A stretch of 64,000 nt of DNA from a virus (IMGVR_UViG_3300006874_000001:479-64478); one strand, 5' to 3'. Positions 21,301 to 31,595 are shown, numbered from the stretch's first letter. A program made the numbers and translations. The notes: generated from the letters alone by a model not told the origin.

Positions 21301-24300
21301 TGCCATGTTCTTGTCAGAGATGGTTGTTACACCTCCTCCTGGCTGGTACTTGTAAATCTTGCCAAGCGTCTTATGGGCAAAGAACACAGCGTTCTCAGGA
21401 GTGACAGCGACCGACTCGGGGTTACCGTCGCATCCAGCTCTCAACCCAAAAGTTCTTGCTGTTCCGAGTACGTTCGTTGAGGCGACAACAGTGTTCGCCC
21501 CAGAGGTATCAGAGAACAAGGTCTTGCTGGCAGGAACCATACTGACTCTCTCGTTTTGGATCACAAGGATGTCACCAGATTCGTTCATCATGTAGTCAAT
21601 ACCGCCAAACTCCTCGTTCAGGTCCTTGTAGTTAGACAAGGCGTAGTTGAATGACGAGTACTTGATCTTTGTCGCTTCAGGGTTGTTGAAGTCTGAGTAA
21701 GTAATCGTAGCCTCTCTTCTGCTCTCTTTCGCTCCTGGAAGGTATGCGTTAGGCCTTCCGATGAAAGAACTGTCTCCGTCGATCAAATCAGAGGCGGTCA
21801 TCGACTCTGCTGTTACAGGAAGGAAGTTTGGAACTGATGGGTTTGTGCCTGCTGGTGCTTCAGGGTCGGTGTCTCTGATTACATCTACAAGACCTGACGG
21901 CGTGACGTTTATGGCGTATACATCCTCGTTCCCTGTTTGCTTCTTCCTTATGTTCATGGCGATAGGCCTCCACCACGTATCACCCTTAGTGACAGTGAGT
22001 TCTGAAGGGTACAGCACACCGTTTTGAACGAAAGGAAGGTAGTCTGCTCCAGCAGGTGTGTAGGACTGATCAGGGATTTCGTAGTACACAGCAGTCTCTG
22101 ACTTCTTTTTTGCAGGCGAGTAAATCTCTATCAGACAGTTATCACCCCAGAAGTGTTGGTCCTGGTTTACATCCTCGTAAGAAAATCCTCCTGCAAGAGG
22201 GTTGTTTCTAAGAACCAGGAACTGCCCTTGGAGCCAGTTTGGAGCTCTGTTCTCGGTTTCAGGCCACAGCGGGTTTTCAAATGGCCCAAAGTTCTTGACC
22301 TCAAGCACGTCGAAATCAATCTTGTTTGGGTACACCCTTTCATCGCCCTGAGCATACGAGATAACTCTCAACCTATCTCCACTCTTGTACTTGTAGAGAT
22401 TGAGCTCCCCTTCTGGTCCTCGCGCACCAAAAGCACTAGTGTAGGAGATTGTTGACTCTTGCAGGTAGTTCAGAGAAACGTAGATAACAGAAGACCCTCC
22501 AGCATCAGCTCCTGCAGCAAGATATGCTCCTCCAGCCATGTGCTGAACAAAGGACTCAACTGTGCTGTTCGGGGCGTATACAAGCTTATAGTTTGTAGCC
22601 CAAGGGGGTGCAACAGTGTCTGAAAAGTCTAACTTAATCTCGACCTTTCCCTTGCCCTCGTTAGAACCTCTCTCAGTGTCTGAGTATCCTGGAACATATA
22701 CCGTCGTTGCTGGGTTGACAAAGCCGTGCCTTCCTCTCTCGTCGTAATACACAATGCCGAAGTCGTGAAACGCATTGGTCTTGAATGTCCTGTCCTTAGG
22801 GTCTCCTGCGTCAATAATGCTATTGAAAGAGCTAGACTCGGCCTGAGTAGCTCCATTTCTTCTATTGTAGATCCTAATCTTAGTGAATCCTGCGTCGAAC
22901 CTCGTGACAGTATTGTCTTGCCACGTATCTTGCACGTCGTAAAACTGGATATCTCTAAACGCAAGAAGCGGCCTGTATATTGCTGGGGCGTCTGGCGGTG
23001 TCCATGGGTCAGCAGGGTCGCCGTTTGTTTGCAAGCAAGTAGTTCCTACATCATCAGCCCCGAAATTGGTGAGGGTGATGTAAGGGTAAGGAATAATGCC
23101 AGGCATAAAGAAAGCATCTTGAGACCTAGCTGTCGTATACGAAGCTTGGACCAACGGTAAGAAACCATTTTGGTTAAGTGTAACACCGTTTTGGTTTCCA
23201 GTTTCGTTTAGGTTTTTCGCAGCAACTTTGGCAACACCGTACCCGCAGAACTCAGTGGAGTGGATGTTTCCGTTCCAGAACACACCTGTCATAGAAACGC
23301 CATGCTCGTTGTCATTGAACGTTCCAGCACCAACTTGCACAAATACACCGTCTTGAATCGTAGCGTTGTTGACGGTGTTGACAAGACGAGGTATCGTGCT
23401 GAAATAAGAGATAGATCCGAAGATGGAGTTGGCTCCCTCGTCAATCCTTCTCAACCCGCCTGGACCGCCAGCGCCATCTAAGAGGCTAAACTTAAATCGA
23501 GTATTGTTGTAGTAGTCTAGGTTATCTTGATTGGGCTTCGGCTGTCCGTCAAGACCTTGAATCCCCAACCCAACATACCCGTCATTGGCGCCGTTGCCTA
23601 CATTTTGATTGATTGTAGCTCTTCCGCAAGCAAACCTAAAGTTGTCGCTAGGGTAAATGCTGTGCAGGCAAGCAAAGTTTTGGCGTGACGCCTCAGCCTT
23701 GTTTGGCCTATGACATATTTGCACGAATTCGTGAGGGCCATTAAATGTTGTAGTGGTTACCTCGATTCCGTTGACAGTACCCGTATTGGAGCCTGCATCT
23801 ATATACTTGTTAAGGAACAAGTCCATCCCAGGTGTTTCGTTATCGACGTCTAGGTCGATTGTGCTACCTAGGTAATCAACTTGCGTTTGCACATTCAGAG
23901 CGCAATCTGGCCACGAAAGCTGCTTAACGTTTGTGCTAAGCTCTCTGATTTCAGGGTCTGCATACCTGAACAGAGTGAAGTTGATATCATCTGCCAAGTA
24001 AGCGTAATCTCCACCGTCAGCAACGTCTAGATACCTTTTCAAGCTGTCTCTGCCACCGTTTGGGCTTAGTGCTGGAGGTAGACTGCTTTGGTACTGGTCA
24101 AGGCTGAAAGACGGCTGACTTAGAAGGCTGTTGTTTAAGATAAACCAAGGGGAGTTGTCGTATACGGCGAAATCCCCGTTGTTGGTGAAAGGGATAGCTG
24201 ACTGATACGGAAAACTCCCGTCTTGGAAGGTCATCGTAAGGCTTCTAGTATCTAGCCTTCTCATGCATGTAGACAACTCGATATCTGAGATGTCTTTCAC

Positions 24301-26532
24301 AGCAAGTCTAACCTCAGCAGTTCCTCCTGATGACGGGGCGTCGGCTCTAGATACATTGTAGTCGCCTGTTTCGATGCTATCGTATAGCCATTCGCCTGTC
24401 CCCCAGTTCTGCTCAAACATAAAGTCAACCTCTGCTTTGTTCAACAGGGCGTATCCGATAGGAGCTCCATCTACTTGGTTGTACTCTGAGAAATCCCCTC
24501 CGCCTGCAGTGCCTCCAATCTCCGCGGTACCGAGGAGCTCAGACTTTCTCCCGATACCCATGACAAGCTTTCCAGTGGACTCTCTATCATAGAACCTATC
24601 AAAATTCTGATACCCCTGGTCAATAGACATGGTGGGGATGATGTCGGCAGAGACAAGCTCAAAATTCCCTAGGCCGATTGCTTCAAAATTCGTAACTCCA
24701 GATAAAGCTGCAGCCAGAGCGTTAGCAACGCGTTGAGGGCTGTTCTCTTGTTCAATGGTCTTTAGCGTAACCGAGAAGCTAAGCTGCCCGCCTGACCCAG
24801 CTGCTGGGATGATAAATGGGTTTGCAGCGCTAGTTCCTACAACAGCATCAAACGTCCTTCCGATATAGCTTTGTGAGCTTGTTTCCGCTGGCGGTCCATC
24901 TACAGTAGACCACCGAAGGCCCCTGATAACTCCCTCATTGTTTCCAAAGTAAGGGAAGTATTGCTGGCTGTCGTTTCCGTGGCCTGGAGCCCCTAAAAGA
25001 AACCCCTCCCCAGAAGCCTCTGGTGTTTGATACGTTTGATAGTGTGGGTCTAGGTTGTTCTGAGCAAACTGTTCAGTGTAAAAGAAGTTGTAGTTCCCTT
25101 CATCACCTCTAATTGCGTTTTGATGGTAAGAATTTCTTGCGTCGTAAAGGTGAAAGTTCTGTTGAGGAAGAACCTGAATTGTAAGGTTGATCAGAGTCTC
25201 TGGCTCAAGGTCTGGCACGCCAGAACAATCGATCTTATAGCTAGTGGCCTTGTTGAACTGGTGGCACGGCTGGCCGTTCGGAAGGAAGTTTGATCCAGGG
25301 ATCTCCCTGATGATATCAGTGACCTCGATTGTTCCTGAAACAAAGTCATCAGGACGCTCAGCAAAGATCAATGTTGAGGTGCAAGAGACTGGCTGCTCAT
25401 CAAATCCATCAACGTAGTTCCCATACATGAGTCGGTTATTGATAACCGCCTGTGCCTTTGCGATCTTAGGTAGCGCATCATACTGCTTGGCCACCTCGTT
25501 AGGATCGACTCCTGTAACAACCCTATCGTTGTAGAACCTGTAGATCAGTTCGTTTGCTGTATTGTTGGCTACATCGGCACCGTTATAGATTGTTGTTGTG
25601 TTGTCGTTGTAAGTGACTACAATGTTTTCATCCTTCTTGAACTCGTCAATAGCGAAGAAAAATCCATCGTTACCCTCTCTGGCAAGCAACCTGATCTTCT
25701 CGATCTCATCTCTGTTCTGAATGTTAGTATCAAAGTCGATCTCCAGAACATTATTCGCCGTGTAGTCAACCACCTCTTGAGCCCCTTGCTTGACAATAAC
25801 TGGGGGAAACATGATGTCAGAGTATGGCGAGATAGCCGTCTCAACTCCGTCCTTATAGATCAGCTGATACGCAAACTGAAATCCTTTCGTGTTTACGAAG
25901 TTGCTGCTTGATCTACTAGAGTCGCCTGTAAACCTAGCCCCCAAGGTCTTGAGACCTAGCTTTGGGCAGGCAGTGATGAAGTCTGTTTCGTTAGGCCCCT
26001 CACCGAGTGGCGCGTCATCCAAGAGGCATCTGAAGACATTCAGCTTCTTTGGCTCACTTCTTCCATCAGTGAAGTACAAGATACAGTCCTTCTCGTATCT
26101 CTCATCGCCAGACACATCTGTCCTGTGGTTGATGTACACGACATCACCCTTGACGTATCCAAACTCATCGAAATTGAACTTCGTAGAGGTGAACACCTTT
26201 CTGACATACCCAGCAGTACCGTTAGGCAGGTTTCCGTATGGGTCGTAAACGTACACTCCGTGCTCGGCAGTGACAGAGCTGTAAAGGAACATGTAGATTA
26301 CCTTCAGCCTCTCGTCTGTCACAGCGCCGATAACCTTTCCTACTCCCTGGCCCGTAGGCGTGAGGTACGGGATGGCTTCGTTTCCTCTTGCCGCCTTGAT
26401 CACCCCCTCGTTACCTGTCTCTCCTTCTGAGCTGGTAATCAGTATGTTAAGGGCGTCAATCAGTCCTGTATTGGGTATAAGCCTTTCGTCAGCCGACTTA
26501 TTCAGCTTCTTTGGTGTGATTTTATCCCTCAT
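18370..26532 (-). CDS. Tail muzzle/stabilization protein with a large C-terminal adhesin-like extension
   Basis: N-terminal LNKSADERL...DALNI, YFTDG..EPKKLN, NRLMYGNYVDG, FGIVYYDERGR and GGYDP. These are followed by an Ig-like domain, six GCxxxxAxNY repeats and EF-hand-like loops. Confidence 0.8.
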   Translation of the reverse strand: MRDKITPKKLNKSADERLIPNTGLIDALNILITSSEGETGNEGVIKAARGNEAIPYLTPTGQGVGKVIGAVTDERLKVIYMFLYSSVTAEHGVYVYDPYGNLPNGTAGYVRKVFTSTKFNFDEFGYVKGDVVYINHRTDVSGDERYEKDCILYFTDGRSEPKKLNVFRCLLDDAPLGEGPNETDFITACPKLGLKTLGARFTGDSSRSSSNFVNTKGFQFAYQLIYKDGVETAISPYSDIMFPPVIVKQGAQEVVDYTANNVLEIDFDTNIQNRDEIEKIRLLAREGNDGFFFAIDEFKKDENIVVTYNDNTTTIYNGADVANNTANELIYRFYNDRVVTGVDPNEVAKQYDALPKIAKAQAVINNRLMYGNYVDGFDEQPVSCTSTLIFAERPDDFVSGTIEVTDIIREIPGSNFLPNGQPCHQFNKATSYKIDCSGVPDLEPETLINLTIQVLPQQNFHLYDARNSYHQNAIRGDEGNYNFFYTEQFAQNNLDPHYQTYQTPEASGEGFLLGAPGHGNDSQQYFPYFGNNEGVIRGLRWSTVDGPPAETSSQSYIGRTFDAVVGTSAANPFIIPAAGSGGQLSFSVTLKTIEQENSPQRVANALAAALSGVTNFEAIGLGNFELVSADIIPTMSIDQGYQNFDRFYDRESTGKLVMGIGRKSELLGTAEIGGTAGGGDFSEYNQVDGAPIGYALLNKAEVDFMFEQNWGTGEWLYDSIETGDYNVSRADAPSSGGTAEVRLAVKDISDIELSTCMRRLDTRSLTMTFQDGSFPYQSAIPFTNNGDFAVYDNSPWFILNNSLLSQPSFSLDQYQSSLPPALSPNGGRDSLKRYLDVADGGDYAYLADDINFTLFRYADPEIRELSTNVKQLSWPDCALNVQTQVDYLGSTIDLDVDNETPGMDLFLNKYIDAGSNTGTVNGIEVTTTTFNGPHEFVQICHRPNKAEASRQNFACLHSIYPSDNFRFACGRATINQNVGNGANDGYVGLGIQGLDGQPKPNQDNLDYYNNTRFKFSLLDGAGGPGGLRRIDEGANSIFGSISYFSTIPRLVNTVNNATIQDGVFVQVGAGTFNDNEHGVSMTGVFWNGNIHSTEFCGYGVAKVAAKNLNETGNQNGVTLNQNGFLPLVQASYTTARSQDAFFMPGIIPYPYITLTNFGADDVGTTCLQTNGDPADPWTPPDAPAIYRPLLAFRDIQFYDVQDTWQDNTVTRFDAGFTKIRIYNRRNGATQAESSSFNSIIDAGDPKDRTFKTNAFHDFGIVYYDERGRHGFVNPATTVYVPGYSDTERGSNEGKGKVEIKLDFSDTVAPPWATNYKLVYAPNSTVESFVQHMAGGAYLAAGADAGGSSVIYVSLNYLQESTISYTSAFGARGPEGELNLYKYKSGDRLRVISYAQGDERVYPNKIDFDVLEVKNFGPFENPLWPETENRAPNWLQGQFLVLRNNPLAGGFSYEDVNQDQHFWGDNCLIEIYSPAKKKSETAVYYEIPDQSYTPAGADYLPFVQNGVLYPSELTVTKGDTWWRPIAMNIRKKQTGNEDVYAINVTPSGLVDVIRDTDPEAPAGTNPSVPNFLPVTAESMTASDLIDGDSSFIGRPNAYLPGAKESRREATITYSDFNNPEATKIKYSSFNYALSNYKDLNEEFGGIDYMMNESGDILVIQNERVSMVPASKTLFSDTSGANTVVASTNVLGTARTFGLRAGCDGNPESVAVTPENAVFFAHKTLGKIYKYQPGGGVTTISDKNMAAFFRRAFEDALKTSSMSGYSDIRIPGGYDPLTKEYLITIKDVPDDVVGGDDGGPTETAIYGCTDPTALNYNPFATVDDGSCEYEEVVEGCDQINLSFDPSSFSFGSNSLTEDQVDADGNPNVEYNVSVVVTNTGDGVATITDVAFNGVTYSNDFSLFFFTSPSPTPDVIGQTIAPGESETLILRWTPSAEYTIGEAAQLTIAASNDDGCSKTTDFVGISGSVSIPSSDTNTPPRYVKVYESGQSADTAPFAQPIGTGQWDGFFYIYYDNIVETIGFPAVGQVLENPVYFSTDPPYNSNNNNRTFTKTLFIETSGILPSENVKIIFGAAPDAGDPIPVGAPMVASENIDGAFLSGETEIVLDESILSQTQDALGFSQGGIQLQTLTCKDLTLTYNFADDKSGSESSGFGRILPGTNVWPAGAETNDEWYASTNSNALEKLSVTNDLRWTQTNTSFVTIQCPSDVATNFSTSNGEASRDITYIQELTATTKYNETNYGNVRNTPALIRQWCSLPECFEYDPVEGETTTPVIGLWTNPLYQNFMDFTNVQPEGNGLGHPETKLGPAPFKTAYGANWYNASPEVFSVITDRLYKMQKNRDCGGVAGCTIETACNYNPDATWNDGSCTFPDPDYDCDGNFTGIITGCTNSNATNYNPAATEDDGSCIISGCTNPAADNYDPTATQDDGSCIVFGCTDPTATNYNSQATNDDGSCEYPAGGCPAAFPCAMDDDGNGIVNAQDVSGALTAAVNGYVNDGFNEDGPRWGAFRSKWTAFANCTIPEIIAYFDTTGDGALNFSEDLPGLMSAFNDACIADNFTISDEIYDCTGNPGFGDFPNICSLLDGNEITLQKVLEMYSTATDGVYDNPNAIDFDGDGVATSNDRNVALELVGLTTDEAFLQQCEGYNPPSGFTPTPDGDVKTDSVTTKKQYPLCEDFPEGDVSCGCMDPAADNYDPMARAHSQSLCSYSEKQDSRETTTTKS
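19165..19500 (-). repeat. Four tandem GCTxxxAxNYxxxATxxDGSC repeats (coding)
   Basis: Visible in the translation; two more copies lie near 21055-21125 and 18415-18490. Confidence 0.9.
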
Positions 26533-27374
26533 CAGTATTTAGGTGCCTGTCTGAAGTTCTTACGAATTACCTTGAGTGCCTCTTCTTTGGTGAAGTTTGA
26601 CATTCTGGAATTCGCCTTTCTTCTTTCATTGTAATATTCCGCCTTAGCCCTAGCCTTTTCGTTTGCAGGCACGTTGCTCTTTCTTTCAATAATCTTGTAG
26701 TACATGTAGCTCCTCAGGGCCTCTTCCAGATACACATGAACCTCTGGGTCTCCAGCTCTTGCCTCGTCAGCGATGTACTCCAAGACAACCTCAGTGGCCC
26801 CAGTATTCATCTCTAGCTCGATCCTGTTTTGGTCGAGATTGATCCTGTACTCGCCTCTGGAGTAACCTCCACCAGCACCGTACAGTCTTCCTTCGCCTCC
26901 TTGGTATAAGTAGTTCTGAAACACGTAAAAGTCGAAGTCGTTGTCCTGAGCCTCTGATTCAGTTCCAGTCTTATCGTCAACCCTATCCTTGATTTTGTTT
27001 TCAGGGATGTTCAGCGGCGAAGCGTCAAACGTATCAGTTCTCGTTCCCTCAGGGTCGTCAGCTGCCGTCTCCAGCCTTCTAGAGTAGTTGATGTTTCTAT
27101 TCTCATTCAAGACGTAGACAAGCCCGTCAGCACCCACCACACCAAGCTTAGACAAGTCCACGTAGTCATCTGGCAGGGTGACAGTTTGATTTGATTCAAT
27201 GTCTCTTTTGATCGATTTGATCTTTTTGCTGAGATCGAATCCAAATTCACGAATGCCTCTCAAGGCGATATTTCTCAGAGCAATGTCTGATACAGAGCTC
27301 CCGTGGTCGTCGCCATCCAATGTGATGAGAAAGTCTCTAATGATCTGACTCAGCTTTACTTTGTTCATACTCAT
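26532..27374 (-). CDS. Tail ring / tubular protein
   Basis: LPDDYVDLSKL, VVLEYIADE and EEALRSY; upstream of the muzzle gene as in crAss-like phages. Confidence 0.75.
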   Translation of the reverse strand: MSMNKVKLSQIIRDFLITLDGDDHGSSVSDIALRNIALRGIREFGFDLSKKIKSIKRDIESNQTVTLPDDYVDLSKLGVVGADGLVYVLNENRNINYSRRLETAADDPEGTRTDTFDASPLNIPENKIKDRVDDKTGTESEAQDNDFDFYVFQNYLYQGGEGRLYGAGGGYSRGEYRINLDQNRIELEMNTGATEVVLEYIADEARAGDPEVHVYLEEALRSYMYYKIIERKSNVPANEKARAKAEYYNERRKANSRMSNFTKEEALKVIRKNFRQAPKY

Positions 27375-28135
27375 TATCTAGCGGCTTCTTCTTGTTTTCC
27401 GTAATCCAGCAAGTCCTGGTCTCTCAACCTCAAACCAATCAACTTAGCCATTTCATACACGATCTCTGGGAACATCTCCTCTGGGAGCATAAAGTCATAG
27501 GACGCGTCTGGATCAAAGACGTGTTGAGATGGGTCGTTTCCTGACTGTTTGTAGGCGTACGATGGGGAAAGGATTAAAGCCGTTCCTCGTACGTCGTAAG
27601 AGCCTGGAAGCCTGTAATAGACAATCTTAATGTTGTTGATTGTCGTCGGGAATACCTCGATGAGCTCGTGCACTAATGCCACTGGGAAATCCTCCGTTGG
27701 AGTTGACAAGTTGCTGTTTAGAAGCAAGTTCGCCTTCTCCATGTCGTAAACAATCTCGCACCTGTTGCCCAGTCTTCGAGCGCTAGACTCCCCAACTCTC
27801 CCATCTTGTAAAACAACATTCCCAGCTTCAATAGAGATGATCTTTGATAGGTCTTCTGGCTTCTTAAACAGATTGTTAGACTGCTGGAATGTATATGTCT
27901 TTACGTACATTGACAGGTCGTTCATCTTCAAGACCTTGCCGCCAAGGTACCTACCAACACCTTCAGACCTGTTTCTAGCTCGCCTTTCGTCAGAGAGCTC
28001 ATCGAAGAGCTCATTGTAAACCTTCATCTGAGCCATGCCAGCGAAAGAGTTGAACGCCACAGGCGTAACAAAGCCTTTCTGTTCCTTGTTGGCTAGGTCT
28101 TTGAGGGCGCGGTATACTCGATAAACGCTAATCAT
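27374..28135 (-). CDS. Tail ring / head-tail adaptor protein
   Basis: N-terminal VY...LANKEQKGFVTP..FN motif. Confidence 0.75.
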   Translation of the reverse strand: MISVYRVYRALKDLANKEQKGFVTPVAFNSFAGMAQMKVYNELFDELSDERRARNRSEGVGRYLGGKVLKMNDLSMYVKTYTFQQSNNLFKKPEDLSKIISIEAGNVVLQDGRVGESSARRLGNRCEIVYDMEKANLLLNSNLSTPTEDFPVALVHELIEVFPTTINNIKIVYYRLPGSYDVRGTALILSPSYAYKQSGNDPSQHVFDPDASYDFMLPEEMFPEIVYEMAKLIGLRLRDQDLLDYGKQEEAAR

Positions 28136-28139
28136 GAAG

Positions 28140-28147
28140 CAAATATA
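28140..28147 (-). promoter_or_regulatory. Late promoter -7 element TATATTTG
   Basis: 4 nt before the ATG at 28135. Confidence 0.65.
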
Positions 28148-28149
28148 CG

Positions 28150-28184
28150 AAAAGAAAAACCACCCCTTTCGGAGTGGTTTCTCT
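28150..28184 (-). terminator. Intrinsic terminator
   Basis: Minus strand AAACCACTCC-GAAA-GGGGTGGTTT followed by TTCTTTT. Confidence 0.8.
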
Positions 28185-28201
28185 CAGCTCTGCAGTGCTA
28201 A

Positions 28202-29056
28202 TTATCCTAGCCTATCTAATTTTTCCTGAAGTGTGTCGAGTACCGAAGACCCTTTCTCAGTCAAGCAGAATCTCACTGCAATATCCATTGCGTCTTGACC
28301 GTGTGGGACGGAAACGATAAGTCCGTTTGAGTCGAACCAATACACGCCATCAGGCTTCATTCGAATCATCTGATACTCAGTAGCTTGCTTCAAGATAGAT
28401 CTAGCTCTCACGCGAGGGTTGTCAAACGAATCAATAAAATCCTTTGGGTTCTTCTTGGCTACAGTGAGCAAGTTGTATCTGATCTCACTTGTAGGTTTGT
28501 TGATGTTGATTCCATAGAACAAGGCCACTGGGAGAAGCTCCTGGATATCCTTGTCTCTAACCATGGTTACAGCGTCGTTGAGCAAGAACTCTTTGTTCAG
28601 AGTGTCCTCAGCGTCTCGCTTGAGGTCAATCTTTCCGAACAACTTCCCTCCGTTCTCGGTGTTGCCTGGGTGCATCTCCATGAACTTACGCAAATTCGGC
28701 TGGTCCTTTCGAACGAAGAGTCTGCCTTCTCGGAAGATCACGGACTGCTTCAGCGCTTTGTCGCTTTGCTCATCGACGAAGATCGACGGCTCATTTGGGC
28801 AGAACCTGATTTCACGAACAGTATCCTTTTCCTCGTCGTAAATAGTAACCCCCTTCTGAGGAAGCATGTAGACGACTCCTGAAGGCTTTGTGGTCTTGAA
28901 CTCAACGTTGGTGTTCTCAACAACCTTTCGCTTCAATGAAGCTTTTTTCTTGGCAGGAGCCTCCTTCACAACTGTTTCTGTTACAGCTGACTCAACAGCT
29001 TCTGCTTGTGGCTGGGCTTTAGGGCGCCCAGCAGGCCGCTTGGTTTGTGTAGACAT
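28202..29056 (-). CDS. Conserved head-module protein of crAss-like phages, function unknown
   Basis: REIRFCPNEPSIFVDEQ...IFREGRLFV..HP motif. ATG at 29056 follows an A-rich leader. Confidence 0.7.
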   Translation of the reverse strand: MSTQTKRPAGRPKAQPQAEAVESAVTETVVKEAPAKKKASLKRKVVENTNVEFKTTKPSGVVYMLPQKGVTIYDEEKDTVREIRFCPNEPSIFVDEQSDKALKQSVIFREGRLFVRKDQPNLRKFMEMHPGNTENGGKLFGKIDLKRDAEDTLNKEFLLNDAVTMVRDKDIQELLPVALFYGININKPTSEIRYNLLTVAKKNPKDFIDSFDNPRVRARSILKQATEYQMIRMKPDGVYWFDSNGLIVSVPHGQDAMDIAVRFCLTEKGSSVLDTLQEKLDRLG

Positions 29057-29072
29057 GTTTGTATGAATTAAA

Positions 29073-30461
29073 TTAAACGGTTGGCTTGTAAAGCTCATAG
29101 AGGTCTTGTGCAAGCTGCGAGCAGTTTGCTTCTCCGATATCTCTAGCGATGACACCGAACCTTCCTAGTGTAGCAGAAAAGCTGTCAGTGACTTTGCTTC
29201 CTGAGCTACCAAGTTGTTGGATGAAAAGGTTCCCATCTGTCCTTCCTGGTGTGTCTTCGTTAACCTTTCCGATAGGCTCGGTGGTTGATTTCGGCTCCTT
29301 CTTTTTGGCTTCTTGTGCGCTGTATAGGGTTGATTTTGATTTAACTTCTTTGATAACGGTTTTGAATGTAGAGTTCACTGTCAGCGCAGGGATGAACGCT
29401 ACAATCTCACCTAAGTGGTTGTAAAGATACAAATTAAATTCTTTGTCTCTTCTAATGACAAAAACATAACAGAACTGCCTCTCGCCAACCTTGGTCTTTG
29501 ACGACCTCTCTGGGAAGGAGTAGGGCTCTGTTCCGCTGGTTCGGTCTGAAGTCTTTGCTTTTGCAGGCTCTCCAGTAAGCCCGTAATGTCTGATAGAGAA
29601 GACGTCAGGAAAGAACTTTTCTGAAAAACCCGTAGTCTCTCCGCTATCGTCACCAAACAAAACACCAAACCCCTCTCCGCTAGATCCAGCGCCTGGATCG
29701 CCGATAACAAAGTACATTGTATAATCATCCTTGACTGTGAAGTCAGGCACGTCAAGAAACGAGTTTGTAGCAAACTGAACGCATGTCTGTGACAGCCCCG
29801 TCACGGCTGCCGTAGCGTCGGTTTGAGTAGTTACAGAGCCAGTCCCTGTGATAATGTTGTAAGTAGCACCACCAGTTCCAGCATTACGCCATGAGGCCGC
29901 CCCAACGGCCACAATATCTGTTCCGTCAATAGGGTACATGCTTTCGTGATTGTAATCAATCGTAGGCTTGTTCTCTCTACTGCCGAAGTTGACTCCAGCG
30001 ATGATGTTTTGAAATCGGTTTCCTACGTCTCCTGTGCTCACCTTCTGAGACACTCTTTCTGTAGGTTGGGACTTTACTTTTGCCTTAATGTCTGCAACGC
30101 TTGCTACGACAGCCTCCTTAAACGACGATCTCTCGTCAACAGCGTCAAAGTACATGACATTTCTCCCATCTTCTGCAGACACAAATCCCATGATCTTTTG
30201 GATCAAATCCATCTCCTTTCCCACCTCACACGACAGCGTGACGTTTGTCTTTTCGATAGAGTCCCCAACGAAGAGTTCGTTTGACTCATACATTCCAGCG
30301 TTGTTGAACGTAATGTTGATCGAGCCTCTACCTGCTGTAATGAAAGAGATTTGATGTGCTGGAATCCCTAAGATGGGGATATCGACACCGTTCTCTGAGA
30401 ACCTCTTCTCTGGTCCTACTGGTTCAGATCTTCTGAAGATGAAAAACTTCTTGCTTGTCAT
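29073..30461 (-). CDS. Virion protein with N-terminal paralog domain and LamG/concanavalin-like domain
   Basis: N-terminus resembles the upstream ~105-aa paralogs; beta-rich C-terminal part (DYTMYFV, VFVIRRD). Confidence 0.6.
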   Translation of the reverse strand: MTSKKFFIFRRSEPVGPEKRFSENGVDIPILGIPAHQISFITAGRGSINITFNNAGMYESNELFVGDSIEKTNVTLSCEVGKEMDLIQKIMGFVSAEDGRNVMYFDAVDERSSFKEAVVASVADIKAKVKSQPTERVSQKVSTGDVGNRFQNIIAGVNFGSRENKPTIDYNHESMYPIDGTDIVAVGAASWRNAGTGGATYNIITGTGSVTTQTDATAAVTGLSQTCVQFATNSFLDVPDFTVKDDYTMYFVIGDPGAGSSGEGFGVLFGDDSGETTGFSEKFFPDVFSIRHYGLTGEPAKAKTSDRTSGTEPYSFPERSSKTKVGERQFCYVFVIRRDKEFNLYLYNHLGEIVAFIPALTVNSTFKTVIKEVKSKSTLYSAQEAKKKEPKSTTEPIGKVNEDTPGRTDGNLFIQQLGSSGSKVTDSFSATLGRFGVIARDIGEANCSQLAQDLYELYKPTV

Positions 30462-31252
30462 ACTGTAGCTATTGTTACCGTAGCCCCATAAATAACCGTC
30501 GTATTTGACGCTGGGGATACTAGAATCACCAGGTCTTGAGTAGAGCTAGCGGTAATGTCGTTGATGTCAATGTTTGAATTAAAGGCTCCATTTGAAACTG
30601 TTACCGCCGTGGTGTCTCCTGTCTGGTAGTTGTAAGACTGAACTGCCACGGCGTTCAAAGTGGTGAGGCTGGCGTGAACCTGTACGTGAGTAGCCTTGTA
30701 TCCATTAGGAATTTTAACAAACGCATACATGCTGTCAGTCGTGTCAAAGCACCTGATCCCAATCTCACCAGCGGTATCGTCTTCAACCTGAACAGGCCTA
30801 CCTACGTTGTCATTGATTTGAAACTGATGAGGGAGCACCTTGATCGTCGTAGAGTCCCATGGGTCGGTGACAGGGGCTGGATTCTGAATTATGAGCGCAT
30901 CTGATTGATCGTCAAAAACAGGGGCAATGGCAGGGTTGATGTTAATCGTCACGTCAGAGGGGCTGCTAAGCCTCTCTGCGTAATCCATAACCTTGATAAA
31001 AGCCTTCTCTCCAAAATTGATCTCGTCAGTCAGCGCAACCATGAAGGACTTCTGAAAAGCGTACTGCTCGTGAGCTACGGTGATGACGGTAGCGTCAACA
31101 CCCTTGCTCCCCTTGAAGTAAAACTTAGCAAAGCCGCTTGTAGTGATCTCAATACCAGACAATCTAGACACTGGATAGGATGCAGAAGAGTCCATCTCTC
31201 CTTGAGTAGCGTCTGGGTTGAAGTAAAGATATTTCTTGCCAGGGTCGATCAT
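30458..31252 (-). CDS. Virion protein with N-terminal paralog domain and beta-rich extension
   Basis: KYLYF...YPVSRLSGI...EINFGEKAFIKV. Confidence 0.65.
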   Translation of the reverse strand: MIDPGKKYLYFNPDATQGEMDSSASYPVSRLSGIEITTSGFAKFYFKGSKGVDATVITVAHEQYAFQKSFMVALTDEINFGEKAFIKVMDYAERLSSPSDVTININPAIAPVFDDQSDALIIQNPAPVTDPWDSTTIKVLPHQFQINDNVGRPVQVEDDTAGEIGIRCFDTTDSMYAFVKIPNGYKATHVQVHASLTTLNAVAVQSYNYQTGDTTAVTVSNGAFNSNIDINDITASSTQDLVILVSPASNTTVIYGATVTIATV

Positions 31253-31590
31253 GTAAAGCTACCGTCTAAGGTTGTCTCAATCGCTGTGATGTCTCCGTGG
31301 ATGAAGTCTCCATTTGCTTCATCTGCGATTACGATGAACGCGCTTTCACCGAGAGAGATTTCTTCTGCAATGGCTGCCATGACCTCCCTTCCAGTGTCCG
31401 CGTTGATAGACAACACGATCTGAGTGTCTGCTCCTCGTGTCTCCACCATGCTGTCAAAGGACAGTGTGAGGTCTGTCCCGTCAGAGTTGATTTGCATGTC
31501 CGCCAATCTGTCTGCTGGGATTAGTGCCGCATCGTTTGGGTAGATGGTGGCATCGTACGTGTCGCTCTGGAAGAAGAGGAACTTAATCAT
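31249..31590 (-). CDS. Small acidic virion protein (paralog family)
   Basis: KFLFF...IPADRLADM...AIAEEISLGESAFIVIAD; ATG at 31590 is 5 nt after TATATTTG. Confidence 0.7.
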   Translation of the reverse strand: MIKFLFFQSDTYDATIYPNDAALIPADRLADMQINSDGTDLTLSFDSMVETRGADTQIVLSINADTGREVMAAIAEEISLGESAFIVIADEANGDFIHGDITAIETTLDGSFT

Positions 31591-31595
31591 GAACA